Assembly (NCBI GenBank): GCA_963797095.1
Contig: CAWCNY010000003.1
Span: forward strand, 992,001-1,056,000
Length of the DNA: 64,000 nt
Direction of reading: 5' to 3'
Source: an uncultured Chloroflexia bacterium
GTDB lineage: Bacteria; Chloroflexota; Chloroflexia; QHBQ01; JADMIH01
Shown: positions 30,035 through 38,797 of the stretch, one piece after another
How the letters are laid out: every line of letters starts with the position of its first letter
How positions within the stretch are numbered: position 1 is the first letter of the stretch
The notes under the pieces: model-generated
Told to the model about the DNA's origin: nothing
The model's database searches: none
The model's input: only the letters and a program-made list of their open reading frames with translations
Translations under genes and position numbers: made by a program

Positions 30035-30089
30035 TTGACAACTTAACACTGTTAAGTTATCCTCCTTGCATAACTTAACAGTGTTAAGG
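30035..30089 (+). promoter_or_regulatory. Promoter with two TetR-type operators
   Basis: TTGACA-[ACTTAACACTGTTAAGT, 17 bp]-TATCCT; second copy ACTTAACAGTGTTAAGG at 30073-30089. Confidence 0.88.
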
Positions 30090-30150
30090 AAACCCGATAA
30101 TGCCAGGACCTTACTGAGGAAGTCGTTACCTGCAAAGGGGAACAATCGGA

Positions 30151-31923
30151 ATGGATGCGACAGATACATCGACTGGAATAGTGATCGAGCGGAACGTGAT
30201 GGTTCCGATGCGCGATGGGGTCAGGCTGGCGGCCGACGTGTTTCGCCCGGCAGGCGAGGGTCGTTGGCCTGTGCTTGTCACGCGGATGCCCTACAACAAG
30301 GAGATGTCGTTTGGAGATGACCTGGACCGCCGAGTGTTTCTGGAGTTAAACCTGGATGCTCAGCGGGTGATCAGGGCCGGGTATGTGATAGTGATCCAGG
30401 ATACGCGAGGGCGGTATGCCTCGGAAGGGGAGTTTGAGCCGTTTCGGGATGAGAAGAACGATGGGTCGGATACGATTGCGTGGGCGACCCGGCAGCCATG
30501 GTCGAATGGTGTGGTGGGGATGTACGGAGTTTCCTACCAGGGGCTGACGCAGTGGCAGGCGGCGTTGGATCGGCCCGAGGCGTTGAAGGCGATAGCGCCC
30601 GCGCAAAGCTTTATGAGCTGGTACCCGTACCAGGGCGGGGCGTTTTCATTGAGTGTAATCGGAGGGTGGACGGCCACGCAGGGCCTGCCGGGGGATCTGC
30701 AAAGGGAGGTCGCGCAGGGGAAGGCCAGCGCCGAGGAATTGGCGGAGGCTATGAAGCTGGAGGTGGACCTGACGACGCTGCTGGCGCGCGTGCCGCTGGC
30801 CGATGTGCCTGCCTTCGCGAATCGCGTGCCTTATTATCACGACTGGCTGGCGCATCCCGCCTACGATGATTACTGGCGGGGTTTCGAGGCGGGAGGTAGC
30901 TATGAGCGTGTTGAGGTGCCTGCGTTCATTCTCGCGGGCTGGTACGACTACTTTCTGATAAAGGATCTGGAGAGCTACAAGGGGATGCGCGAGCGTGGCG
31001 GGAGCGACCTTGCCCGCCGCCGGACTCGCTTGGCAGTTGGACCGTGGTCGCACGGCAACTTCTGGGCGTATTTCCCGAACAGGCCTGAGATAATGGGGTT
31101 GGCCGGAATGGATGCCATTGATCTGACGGAAATGCAGCTGAGGTGGTTCGATCACTGGTTGAAAGGGATCGACAACGGAGCGGAAACAGACAAGCCCGTT
31201 CGTATCTTCGTGCTTGGGGCCAATATGTGGCGCGACGAAGACGATTGGCCGCTGCCCGACACGCAGTACCGCCCATATTACCTGCACAGTGGCGGTCACG
31301 CCAACCGCGCAGCAGGGGATGGCCTGCTGTCGGTCGAGATGGAGAGCGTGGACGGGCAGGATAGCTTCAACTACGACCCACATAACCCGGTGCCGAGCCT
31401 GTCACCCGCTCTCATGGTCTCACCGGAGCCGCAGAACCTGATGGACCAGCGTGCCGCCGAGGACCGTGGCGATGTGCTCTGTTACACAAGCTCTCCACTG
31501 GAGAAGCCCTTGGAGGTTACGGGGCCTGTGCGGATGGTGCTATATGCTTCTTCCTCGGCTGTGGACACCGATTTCACGGGCAAGTTGGTTGATGTCTATC
31601 CGGATGGACGCACCGATCTGCTTACTGAGGGAATCTTGCGAGTGCGCTATCGCAACTCGATCTCGGAGCCGGAGCTTATGGAGCCGGGTAAGGTGTATGA
31701 GCTGAATATAGACCTGGGGGCTACGGCCAACGTCTTTCTGCCGGGGCACCGCATCAGGTTGGAGGTTTCCAGCAGCAACTTTCCGCGCTTCGACAGGAAT
31801 ACCAACACGGGCGGTGTTATCGCTACCGAGGGCGAGTCGGACTTTGTTACAGCCACCAACACTATCTATCACGATAGCGCATATCCATCACACGTGGTTT
31901 TGCCCAGTATCGAGCGCGATTGA
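30151..31923 (+). CDS. CocE/NonD family hydrolase
   Basis: MRDGVRLAAD, QDTRGRYASEG, GVSY nucleophile, GWYD, GPWSH, SSNFPRFDRN. Confidence 0.93.
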   Translation: MDATDTSTGIVIERNVMVPMRDGVRLAADVFRPAGEGRWPVLVTRMPYNKEMSFGDDLDRRVFLELNLDAQRVIRAGYVIVIQDTRGRYASEGEFEPFRDEKNDGSDTIAWATRQPWSNGVVGMYGVSYQGLTQWQAALDRPEALKAIAPAQSFMSWYPYQGGAFSLSVIGGWTATQGLPGDLQREVAQGKASAEELAEAMKLEVDLTTLLARVPLADVPAFANRVPYYHDWLAHPAYDDYWRGFEAGGSYERVEVPAFILAGWYDYFLIKDLESYKGMRERGGSDLARRRTRLAVGPWSHGNFWAYFPNRPEIMGLAGMDAIDLTEMQLRWFDHWLKGIDNGAETDKPVRIFVLGANMWRDEDDWPLPDTQYRPYYLHSGGHANRAAGDGLLSVEMESVDGQDSFNYDPHNPVPSLSPALMVSPEPQNLMDQRAAEDRGDVLCYTSSPLEKPLEVTGPVRMVLYASSSAVDTDFTGKLVDVYPDGRTDLLTEGILRVRYRNSISEPELMEPGKVYELNIDLGATANVFLPGHRIRLEVSSSNFPRFDRNTNTGGVIATEGESDFVTATNTIYHDSAYPSHVVLPSIERD

Positions 31924-32009
31924 CCCGGTTGAGTATACTGGGAGGTACAAGGTGAGGGTGAGTTTCAGGCTCACCCCTAAAAAAGCCGGGAGATTGCGGA
32001 TCGCGGTAA

Positions 32010-32699
32010 ATGGCAACTAAAAGCTCGGATGCGGACACTGAAAGCGGTCGTGGGCGGTTGCAGCGCGATGGGATCGTGAGCATCGCCCTCGACCTTATGA
32101 ACAGGATCGGGTTGGATGCGTTGACATTGCGCCGCCTCGCACAGGAACTGCACGTGCAGGCCCCGGCCCTGTACTGGCATTTCAAGAATAAGCAGGAATT
32201 GCTGAACGCGATGGCGGAGACGATGGTGCTTTCGTCTTATCCTTCGGATGCGGCTGCTGAAGAGATGGTACAGCTTGAATGGTCAGAATGGCTGGGCGTG
32301 ATGGCGAACACCCTCCGGAATACGCTTCTGAAGTATCGGGATGGTGCGCGCCTTTTCGCGGTGGCAGAGGTGTCGAAGGGCGCGCTTTTTGGCCTCGACC
32401 TGGCGCTGGGGGTGCTTGTGAAGGCGGGCTTTGGCTACCAGGAGGCGCTGATCGGTGTGTCTACCATTGTGAACTATACGCTGGGCATTACGTTTGAGGA
32501 CCAGACTACCACCAGGCGCGAGGGCGCGGCGGAGTATTTTCGGGAGCTTCTGGCCGCGAGCAATTTGCCGCACGTAACGGCGGCACTTGGCGATATTACG
32601 GAGGTGCAACCGCCGGACTCGGATTATGAATTCGAGTTGGGGCTGCAGGTAATAATCGCGGGTATTAAGACGATGCATCAAGTAGATGCAGGGGCATGA
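32010..32699 (+). CDS. TetR-class repressor (TetR_C domain)
   Basis: GLDALTLRRLAQELHVQAPALYWHFKNK; FELGLQVIIAG. Confidence 0.92.
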   Translation: MATKSSDADTESGRGRLQRDGIVSIALDLMNRIGLDALTLRRLAQELHVQAPALYWHFKNKQELLNAMAETMVLSSYPSDAAAEEMVQLEWSEWLGVMANTLRNTLLKYRDGARLFAVAEVSKGALFGLDLALGVLVKAGFGYQEALIGVSTIVNYTLGITFEDQTTTRREGAAEYFRELLAASNLPHVTAALGDITEVQPPDSDYEFELGLQVIIAGIKTMHQVDAGA

Positions 32700-32758
32700 A
32701 ACATCTCGGAGTTGAGACACAGCTTAGCAGGTGTGCAATCTGGTTTAGAAAGCCCCTC

Positions 32759-34084
32759 TTACCCGAAGAAGGTCTGGTAGACCAGGAAGATGTTGAGGGC
32801 AACTATCAAGGCGGCCACTATGCTGATGACTATGATAGTGCCTTTGTGGTTTACCAGGTTGCCCATCAGCTTGCGCTTGCTGGTGAATATAGCGAGCGGG
32901 ATAAGGGCGAACGGTATACCGAAGCTGAGCACCACCTGGCTGATTACCAGTGTGATTGTCGGCTCGAAGCCTATGGCGATTACAGCCAGGGCGGGCAGCA
33001 TCGTGACGGTTCGCCTGAGCCATAGCGGTATAGTGCGCTTGAGGAAGCCCTGCATGATCACCTGCCCGGCCATAGTGCCCACCGCCGACGAGGAGAGGCC
33101 TGAAGCCAGCAAGCTGATAGCGAAGACGGTGCTCGATGCGTCGCCCAGGAGAGGGATAAGGGTCTTGTGAGCGTCCTCGATGGTGCCGATGTCGGAGTGG
33201 CCCGTGCTGAAGAAGGTAGAGGCTGCCATGATCAGCATCGCGGCATTGATCAAGCCCGCCATACCCATGGCGATCACCACGTCTATTATCTCGAACCTGA
33301 GCAGTCGCTTGGCCTGGCCTTCATTAGCCGGGCGCACGCGGTCCTGGGTGAGAGACGAGTGGAGGAAGATCACGTGGGGCATAACGGTCGCGCCCAGGAT
33401 ACCTACCGCCAGCAAGACGCTGTTGGTATCCGCGAACTGGGGCGTAACAGAATGGATGGCAATCTGTCCCCAGTCGGGCTTCCCTATCACAAGTTCTATC
33501 AGGTAGCACCCGGCTATCACGCCTACGAGAGCGCCGATCACGGCCTCAAGCGGGCGGAAGCCGTAGCTCTGGAGGGCCAGGATCAGGAATGTGACTATGG
33601 CTGTGAGGAAACCTGCCACCAGCAACGGCATACCGAACAGGAGGTTGAAGCCGAGGGCTGCCCCCAGGAACTCGGCAAGGTCGGTTGCCATAGCCACGAC
33701 CTCGGACAACACCCACATGCCCCACACCACCGGCCTGGGGAATTCTTCGCGGCAGGTTTCGGCGAGGTTCTTGCCTGTGGCGATACCCAGCTTGGCTGAG
33801 AGGGTCTGGATAAGCATCGCCATGAGGTTGCTGGCGACGATCACCCAGATAAGCATATAGCCATACTGCGCGCCGCCCGAAATGTTGGTCGCGAAGTTGC
33901 CGGGGTCTACATAGGCTACGCTTGCTATGAAAGCCGGGCCGATGAAGGGGAGAAGCGCTCTTAGCCCACGCCTCTTGCCGGTGAGCACCTGGTTGGCCGA
34001 GTGCAGCGTCCGGGTATCGCCCGGCCTGTCAGCTATTGCCGTGCCCTGTTCTCTTGTATATCTATCGTCTGCTATAGCGCTCAT
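32759..34084 (-). CDS. mntH: Nramp-family Mn2+/Fe2+ transporter
   Basis: YVDPGN and GATVMPH signatures. Confidence 0.95.
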   Translation of the reverse strand: MSAIADDRYTREQGTAIADRPGDTRTLHSANQVLTGKRRGLRALLPFIGPAFIASVAYVDPGNFATNISGGAQYGYMLIWVIVASNLMAMLIQTLSAKLGIATGKNLAETCREEFPRPVVWGMWVLSEVVAMATDLAEFLGAALGFNLLFGMPLLVAGFLTAIVTFLILALQSYGFRPLEAVIGALVGVIAGCYLIELVIGKPDWGQIAIHSVTPQFADTNSVLLAVGILGATVMPHVIFLHSSLTQDRVRPANEGQAKRLLRFEIIDVVIAMGMAGLINAAMLIMAASTFFSTGHSDIGTIEDAHKTLIPLLGDASSTVFAISLLASGLSSSAVGTMAGQVIMQGFLKRTIPLWLRRTVTMLPALAVIAIGFEPTITLVISQVVLSFGIPFALIPLAIFTSKRKLMGNLVNHKGTIIVISIVAALIVALNIFLVYQTFFG

Positions 34085-34102
34085 GTTATCCTGCTACGAA
34101 AA

Positions 34103-34201
34103 ATTTAGGCTTGTCTAAATCCTAAGGCAGTATAACATGAACATAGGCGGAAGTCAAGAGGTTTTTACACGAAAACGGTACTAATTTTAGGTCGATCTAA
34201 A
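34103..34201 (-). promoter_or_regulatory. mntH promoter with two DtxR/MntR-type boxes
   Basis: Minus-strand TTGACT-17-TATACT (34157..34129). Palindromes ATTTAG-GCTTGT-CTAAAT (34103-34120) and TTTAG-GTCGAT-CTAAA (34186-34201). Confidence 0.78.
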
Positions 34202-35266
34202 TTAGTATTCACTGTTTGCGCGCCAGCCGGGCGAGCCTTTTCGTGGTCTCGTGGTTCGCAATGTGCCCTCACGGTCGGCGGCGGAAGGTTTGCCTGCCTG
34301 CACCACGGCCCATCGCAGCAGCGCGCCACCCGCAAGCGCGGCGATGCTGGACAAAGCGCCCACACGCTTATCGTGCTTGCCGGTGGCGAGGCTTGCCAGT
34401 TCTATCAGGGTAGAGGCGGCAAGGCAGGCGGCAGCCCCGGCCAGCAGCTTCCCCGAGAAACCTTGCAGCAAATGGCGCTGTCCCTCGCCGGAGGTTGCGA
34501 CATATCCCGCAAGCAACGCCGCTTCGGTGACACCCGCAGCCGCGCCCAGGGCGGTCATTTCCACGGCTTCTTCAGACGTTTCGCGGTTGGTGAGGATGGC
34601 TGCCAGGTTGGTGGCGGCGATACCTGTGCCAAAAGCACTTGACATAAAGAGAGCGCCGAGGAGAGGGCTGGAGTGCCAGACAGGGATGCTGGTCGTGCCG
34701 AGGAGCACGCCCGTGTAGCCCGCCAGCAGGAAGGAACTTGGGATGCCGAGGGCCGCGAGAAGGCGCTCAGGGAGGAGGCGCAGGATGCCTGTAAGGAGAG
34801 GCAGGCGTCCCAACAGGAGTCCCTCGTCGGCCAGCATCCTGGCGACGATGAGGGTCGCGCCCGCGCCGTGGGTGAAGAGCGCCCACGATCCAAGGTTCAT
34901 GGGGGAGGCGGGCTTGAAGATGCGCAGCATGTGGTGGAAGCGCTGGGGCATGCCCAGGTCGTCGATCAGCAGAGGTGGGCAGGGGAGGAGGGTGGCAAAG
35001 GAGACGTAGTGGGCGGTGCGTGCCAACTGCTTGTGACGGTGGGGGTCCATCACTTCGGCAATGGAGCCGAGCATTGCCGCGCCAGCCGATACGCCACCGA
35101 AGAAGAAGTATGCCGCGATCTCGTGGTTCCAGGTGGGCTGCTTGAGGATGGGTATATCGCGGTACGCATCGCGGGGGTCTATGTGCGCGGCTCCGTAAGG
35201 GTTCTTTTCAGGCATCGCGCTCTCCGATCTGGTGGATACAATTGACGTTTGTTTGCCTACCGGCAT
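34202..35266 (-). CDS. NrfD/PsrC-family membrane anchor of formate dehydrogenase
   Basis: IAAYFFFGGVSAG, DLGMPQRF, SPMNLGSW, YTGVLL; start may be 35215. Confidence 0.88.
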   Translation of the reverse strand: MPVGKQTSIVSTRSESAMPEKNPYGAAHIDPRDAYRDIPILKQPTWNHEIAAYFFFGGVSAGAAMLGSIAEVMDPHRHKQLARTAHYVSFATLLPCPPLLIDDLGMPQRFHHMLRIFKPASPMNLGSWALFTHGAGATLIVARMLADEGLLLGRLPLLTGILRLLPERLLAALGIPSSFLLAGYTGVLLGTTSIPVWHSSPLLGALFMSSAFGTGIAATNLAAILTNRETSEEAVEMTALGAAAGVTEAALLAGYVATSGEGQRHLLQGFSGKLLAGAAACLAASTLIELASLATGKHDKRVGALSSIAALAGGALLRWAVVQAGKPSAADREGTLRTTRPRKGSPGWRANSEY

Positions 35267-35323
35267 CTGGCGGCCTCTTGCGTGCGATACATGTGTATTT
35301 ATCTCCTCGTCGCACCAGGTGCT

Positions 35324-36103
35324 TCACAGAATATCCAGATCATGAGTAAGTAGCATTTCGTTGTAGTCGGGTGAGGCGAGTATGCAGTCGCCGTTGGGCG
35401 CGAAGATAAACGAGCCGCCCGGGAAATCTTCATCTACGGTGGAGCCTGTTTGGGTGGCTACAGCGATGTAGAGGCCATAGCTGCGTGCGCAGTTGGGGAG
35501 GCAGTGGGCCAGGTGTTGCGTGTACCAGTCGAAGCCGTCCTGCCATTCGGCGGGGGTGGTGCGGCGGCCGCAGAGGCCGGGGGCGGAGGAATGGAGAACG
35601 AGGCGTGCGCCACAGTGGGCCGCGTCGGCGAATACCTGGGGGTTGTCGCTGTCGGCGCAGATGGCGAGGGCCACGGGTATGGTCCCACCGGGGAGGTTGA
35701 GGTGGAAGATGGACGTAGTGTCACCGGGCGAAAACCAATCGGCTTCTTCGCCTACGACGTGTCGCTTGCGGTAGGAGCCGAGGAGACGGCCGCTTTGGGC
35801 GAGTAGCTGGGTGATGTAAGGCTTGCCGCCCGTGGGGTTGGTTTCGATGAAGCCCGCGGAGGCTATTATGCGGTATCTGGCAGTGAGGGCTATGAACTGG
35901 CTGACCCACCCGGATTCGAGAGGTTGGACGCTGTCAGGGTAAAAGGTGGGGTCGTTGTAGCCGGAGAGGGACATCTCGGGGAAGATGATTATGCCGCAGC
36001 GCTGGGTTGCGGCGGCGGCCATGTAGTGTTCGACCCGTTGGAGATTGCCTGCCCAGTCGGCTTTCTCGGAGCGCATCTGGGCGAGGGCTATGCGGAGGTG
36101 CAT
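35324..36103 (-). CDS. Carbon-nitrogen hydrolase family protein
   Basis: FPE, YRK, ICAD catalytic triad. Confidence 0.88.
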   Translation of the reverse strand: MHLRIALAQMRSEKADWAGNLQRVEHYMAAAATQRCGIIIFPEMSLSGYNDPTFYPDSVQPLESGWVSQFIALTARYRIIASAGFIETNPTGGKPYITQLLAQSGRLLGSYRKRHVVGEEADWFSPGDTTSIFHLNLPGGTIPVALAICADSDNPQVFADAAHCGARLVLHSSAPGLCGRRTTPAEWQDGFDWYTQHLAHCLPNCARSYGLYIAVATQTGSTVDEDFPGGSFIFAPNGDCILASPDYNEMLLTHDLDIL

Positions 36104-36108
36104 CACTC

Positions 36109-36903
36109 TTACCTCCTCGCAAGGATCGTGAAGAGGTCATCGTCAGGGGTGGCAGGCTCGAAGGTGAAGCCTTTGAGCATGGTTATGTCGCTGAAGCCTG
36201 CGTCGCGGAAGAGGGCTAATGTCTCTTCCTGCGAATACCAGCGCGTGGCGGGGGAGCGCTTGTGGTGCTCGGTGTGGATTACTTCGGCGTCGCTGAGCAA
36301 CTCGTAGCGATCTTCGGTGTGTTCGAGCTTGTTGCGGAGGTCGTAGGTTGAGCGCGATGTGCGGCGGACGGTGAGACCGTCTTCGGGGCGGACGCGCTCT
36401 TTGGGCGGGCCCCATTCTTCCTCTATGGTATCGCTGTCGCTTGGCTGCGTCCACAGGATCATGAAAGGCATGGCCAGGGTGCCGCCGGGGAGAAGATGGC
36501 CGTAGAAGCGGATCATGGCTTCGTGGGCGTTGGCGGGGTCTAGCACAAGCTGGAAAGAGCTTGAGGGGACGAGGATGGTCATGTATTTACGGGGGAGGGC
36601 GAGGCTTTCCATTGTTTGAAGATAGACGTTGGGGTGGAGGCCCATCTTTTGGGCTTTTTCACGCAGGAGGTTGAGCATTTCGGGAGAGTTGTCGACGCCG
36701 TCGATATCGATGCCTTGCTGGAGGTAGGGGAGGAGGAGGCGACCTGTGCCGCAGCCTACATCGAGTACAGGCTGGCCCGTTTTGGGGATGAGCTCGTTGT
36801 AGAAGAGGGTGTCTTCCCAGTTGGATGTGTCGCCCCGGAAGAGGTCCCAGGATTGGGCCATGAGGCCGCTGTATTCGTAATCTTGTGCTTGGTTTTGCGC
36901 CAT
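36109..36903 (-). CDS. Class I SAM-dependent methyltransferase
   Basis: VLDVGCGTGR, GVDNSPEML. Confidence 0.9.
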   Translation of the reverse strand: MAQNQAQDYEYSGLMAQSWDLFRGDTSNWEDTLFYNELIPKTGQPVLDVGCGTGRLLLPYLQQGIDIDGVDNSPEMLNLLREKAQKMGLHPNVYLQTMESLALPRKYMTILVPSSSFQLVLDPANAHEAMIRFYGHLLPGGTLAMPFMILWTQPSDSDTIEEEWGPPKERVRPEDGLTVRRTSRSTYDLRNKLEHTEDRYELLSDAEVIHTEHHKRSPATRWYSQEETLALFRDAGFSDITMLKGFTFEPATPDDDLFTILARR

Positions 36904-36962
36904 TGTTTTCCTTCTCTTATGCTGATCGAAACCCCTCTCGGGGGACTTCACTTTTGCACCCG

Positions 36963-37835
36963 TTACTTCTTTCTGAGGACCAAGGCGCTGGCGAGGCTGA
37001 GGCCGAGGCCGATGGCGGTGCTCCACAGGTATTTTTGCTTCATGCCGGAGGTGGGCATGGCGGGCGCTTCGGGGAGGTTGTAGGCGGCGGGCTCCTCGGT
37101 GAGGAGGAAGAAGGCGTTGAGGCGCTTGTACTCGCCCGCATCGCTTTCGCCGTAGAGATATGCGCCCGGCTGCTTTTCGCGTGCCTTGACCACGCGTTCG
37201 CGGGCCATCTGGCGCAACTCATCTATGGGGCCGAAGGTTATGGCGTCGGTGGGACAGGCTTTGGCGCAGGCAGGCTCGATGCCGTCCTTCTGGCGGTCGT
37301 AGCAGAGGGTGCACTTGTGGGCTTTGTGGTCGACCTCGCTGCGGCCAAGCACGCCGAAGGGGCAGGCGGCCACGCAATAGCCGCAGCCGTTGCACACGTC
37401 CTGCTGCACGTATACATCGTCGAATTCGTTGCGTATGAGCGCCCCGGTCGGGCAGACCAACTGGCAGGGGGCCGAGGTGCAGTGCTTGCACACGTCGCTG
37501 TTGAAGAGCCACCTGACCGATTGCGGATTGCGGATTGCGGATTGCGGATTGTTTTCGGCTTGATCTAAATCCGAATTCTGAGATCTGAAATCCGCTATTT
37601 CGGTGAAGGTGACGTGCCGCCAGGTGGTGGCCGACAGGGTGCGGGTGTTGTCGTAGCTCTGTCCCGACCACTCCATGCCGTCGGCTGGCAGGCCGTTCCA
37701 CTGCTTGCAGGCCACTTCGCAGGCTTTGCAGCCTATGCAGAGCGTGGAGTCGGTGAAGAAGCCCATCGCCTGCCGTTTGGGGGGCGCGTCTACCAGCTTT
37801 ATGCCTTCCCACAGGCCCGGTTTGATATCGCTCAT
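36963..37835 (-). CDS. Formate dehydrogenase Fe-S (beta) subunit
   Basis: CIGCKACEVACKQWN, CKHC..APC..VCP, CNGCGYCVAACP, KCTLCYDR...PACAKACP; GAGGA RBS before ATG 37835. Confidence 0.92.
   Translation of the reverse strand: MSDIKPGLWEGIKLVDAPPKRQAMGFFTDSTLCIGCKACEVACKQWNGLPADGMEWSGQSYDNTRTLSATTWRHVTFTEIADFRSQNSDLDQAENNPQSAIRNPQSVRWLFNSDVCKHCTSAPCQLVCPTGALIRNEFDDVYVQQDVCNGCGYCVAACPFGVLGRSEVDHKAHKCTLCYDRQKDGIEPACAKACPTDAITFGPIDELRQMARERVVKAREKQPGAYLYGESDAGEYKRLNAFFLLTEEPAAYNLPEAPAMPTSGMKQKYLWSTAIGLGLSLASALVLRKK
37519..37594. repeat. Inverted heptamer arrays inside the FDH beta gene
   Basis: GATTGCG x4 facing AAATCCG/AATTCTG/AGATCTG/AAATCCG. Confidence 0.9.
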
Positions 37836-37846
37836 ACGGTTATTCC

Positions 37847-38306
37847 TCAGAAATTTGCGCTGACACGCTCGCAAAACCGGCGGATCGTGTCGGATGCTGG
37901 CGGAATCTTGCTCGGATACCTGGAGCATTTTGAAGATGGGGGGTCCGACCAGTTCTGGCTGTAAATCATCTGCCCTGTTGATCGCGTGCAGATGGACATG
38001 GTTGAAGTGCGGCGCTTCTCCAAAGCAGGCGATGTATTCCTTCTTGCTGTCCAAAGTTGCATGAAGCGCATGCGTTGTCCGTCCAAGCAGTGACCCGAGT
38101 TCCGCAATCTCGTCGAGTGTCAGATTGTGCAGGGCTTCGGCGTGACGCTTGAGGATGATCACCAGCCAGCCCACCATGCCGCACGGGTATGCGTGCTCGA
38201 CCACCCAGTACGTGCCTGTGTAGACAGGCGGGGCAGGCGAGATGCGCCTTTTGCCGCTCAGGGAGAGGCACGAATAGCATTCGGGATCGTAGTGCTCTGC
38301 GCTCAC
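37847..38306 (-). pseudogene. HIT-family protein with probable C-terminal frameshift
   Basis: CYSC, KRH and HVHLH motifs. The main frame reads through into FDH beta, while the shifted frame gives a plausible end SDTIRRFCERVSANF* at 37847. Confidence 0.65.
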
Positions 38307-38311
38307 AACAA

Positions 38312-38689
38312 CTATTTCGTGGGTCTTTCCATGTACACTTCCACAAACTCTGTACATTCCCCGCTCTTGTTGAACTTCATCAGCCAGACATTGTAGTAGG
38401 TCCTGTCAATCGTTTTGCGGTCTTCGGTGAAGTAGTGGGTCCAGCCCACCGTGACCACGTTATCGCCGTCTACAGCATAAGGCTCGTACTCGGCGTCCCA
38501 GCTATCGGGGTCATCGCGCTCCTCAAGCCAGTTGGCGATGATCGCGTCGCGCCCGGTGACGGGGTCGCCCCACGGTTGGAAGCGATAGGTGGCGTCTTTG
38601 CTGAATAGCTCACCGACTATCTGAGTATCGTAGCTGCGCCACGCCTCGATGTATTTCTCAAGCCATTGTGCTACGCTTTCTCGGTTCAT
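38312..38689 (-). CDS. NTF2/SnoaL-like protein
   Basis: YIEAWRSYD...LFSKDATY...GRDAI...CTEFVE; AAGGAG RBS. Confidence 0.85.
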   Translation of the reverse strand: MNRESVAQWLEKYIEAWRSYDTQIVGELFSKDATYRFQPWGDPVTGRDAIIANWLEERDDPDSWDAEYEPYAVDGDNVVTVGWTHYFTEDRKTIDRTYYNVWLMKFNKSGECTEFVEVYMERPTK

Positions 38690-38703
38690 TGGGGCTCCTT
38701 TTT

Positions 38704-38795
38704 GGTAGTCGGTAGTCGGATTTAGTTCCTGGTTCCTGGTTCCTTCGGTCCATCGTCTTCCGACTACCGACTACCGACTACCGACTACCGATTAC
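38704..38795. repeat. Intergenic inverted heptamer arrays
   Basis: GGTAGTC x2, GTTCCTG x2, CGACTAC x4-5. Confidence 0.9.
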
Positions 38796-38797
38796 CA

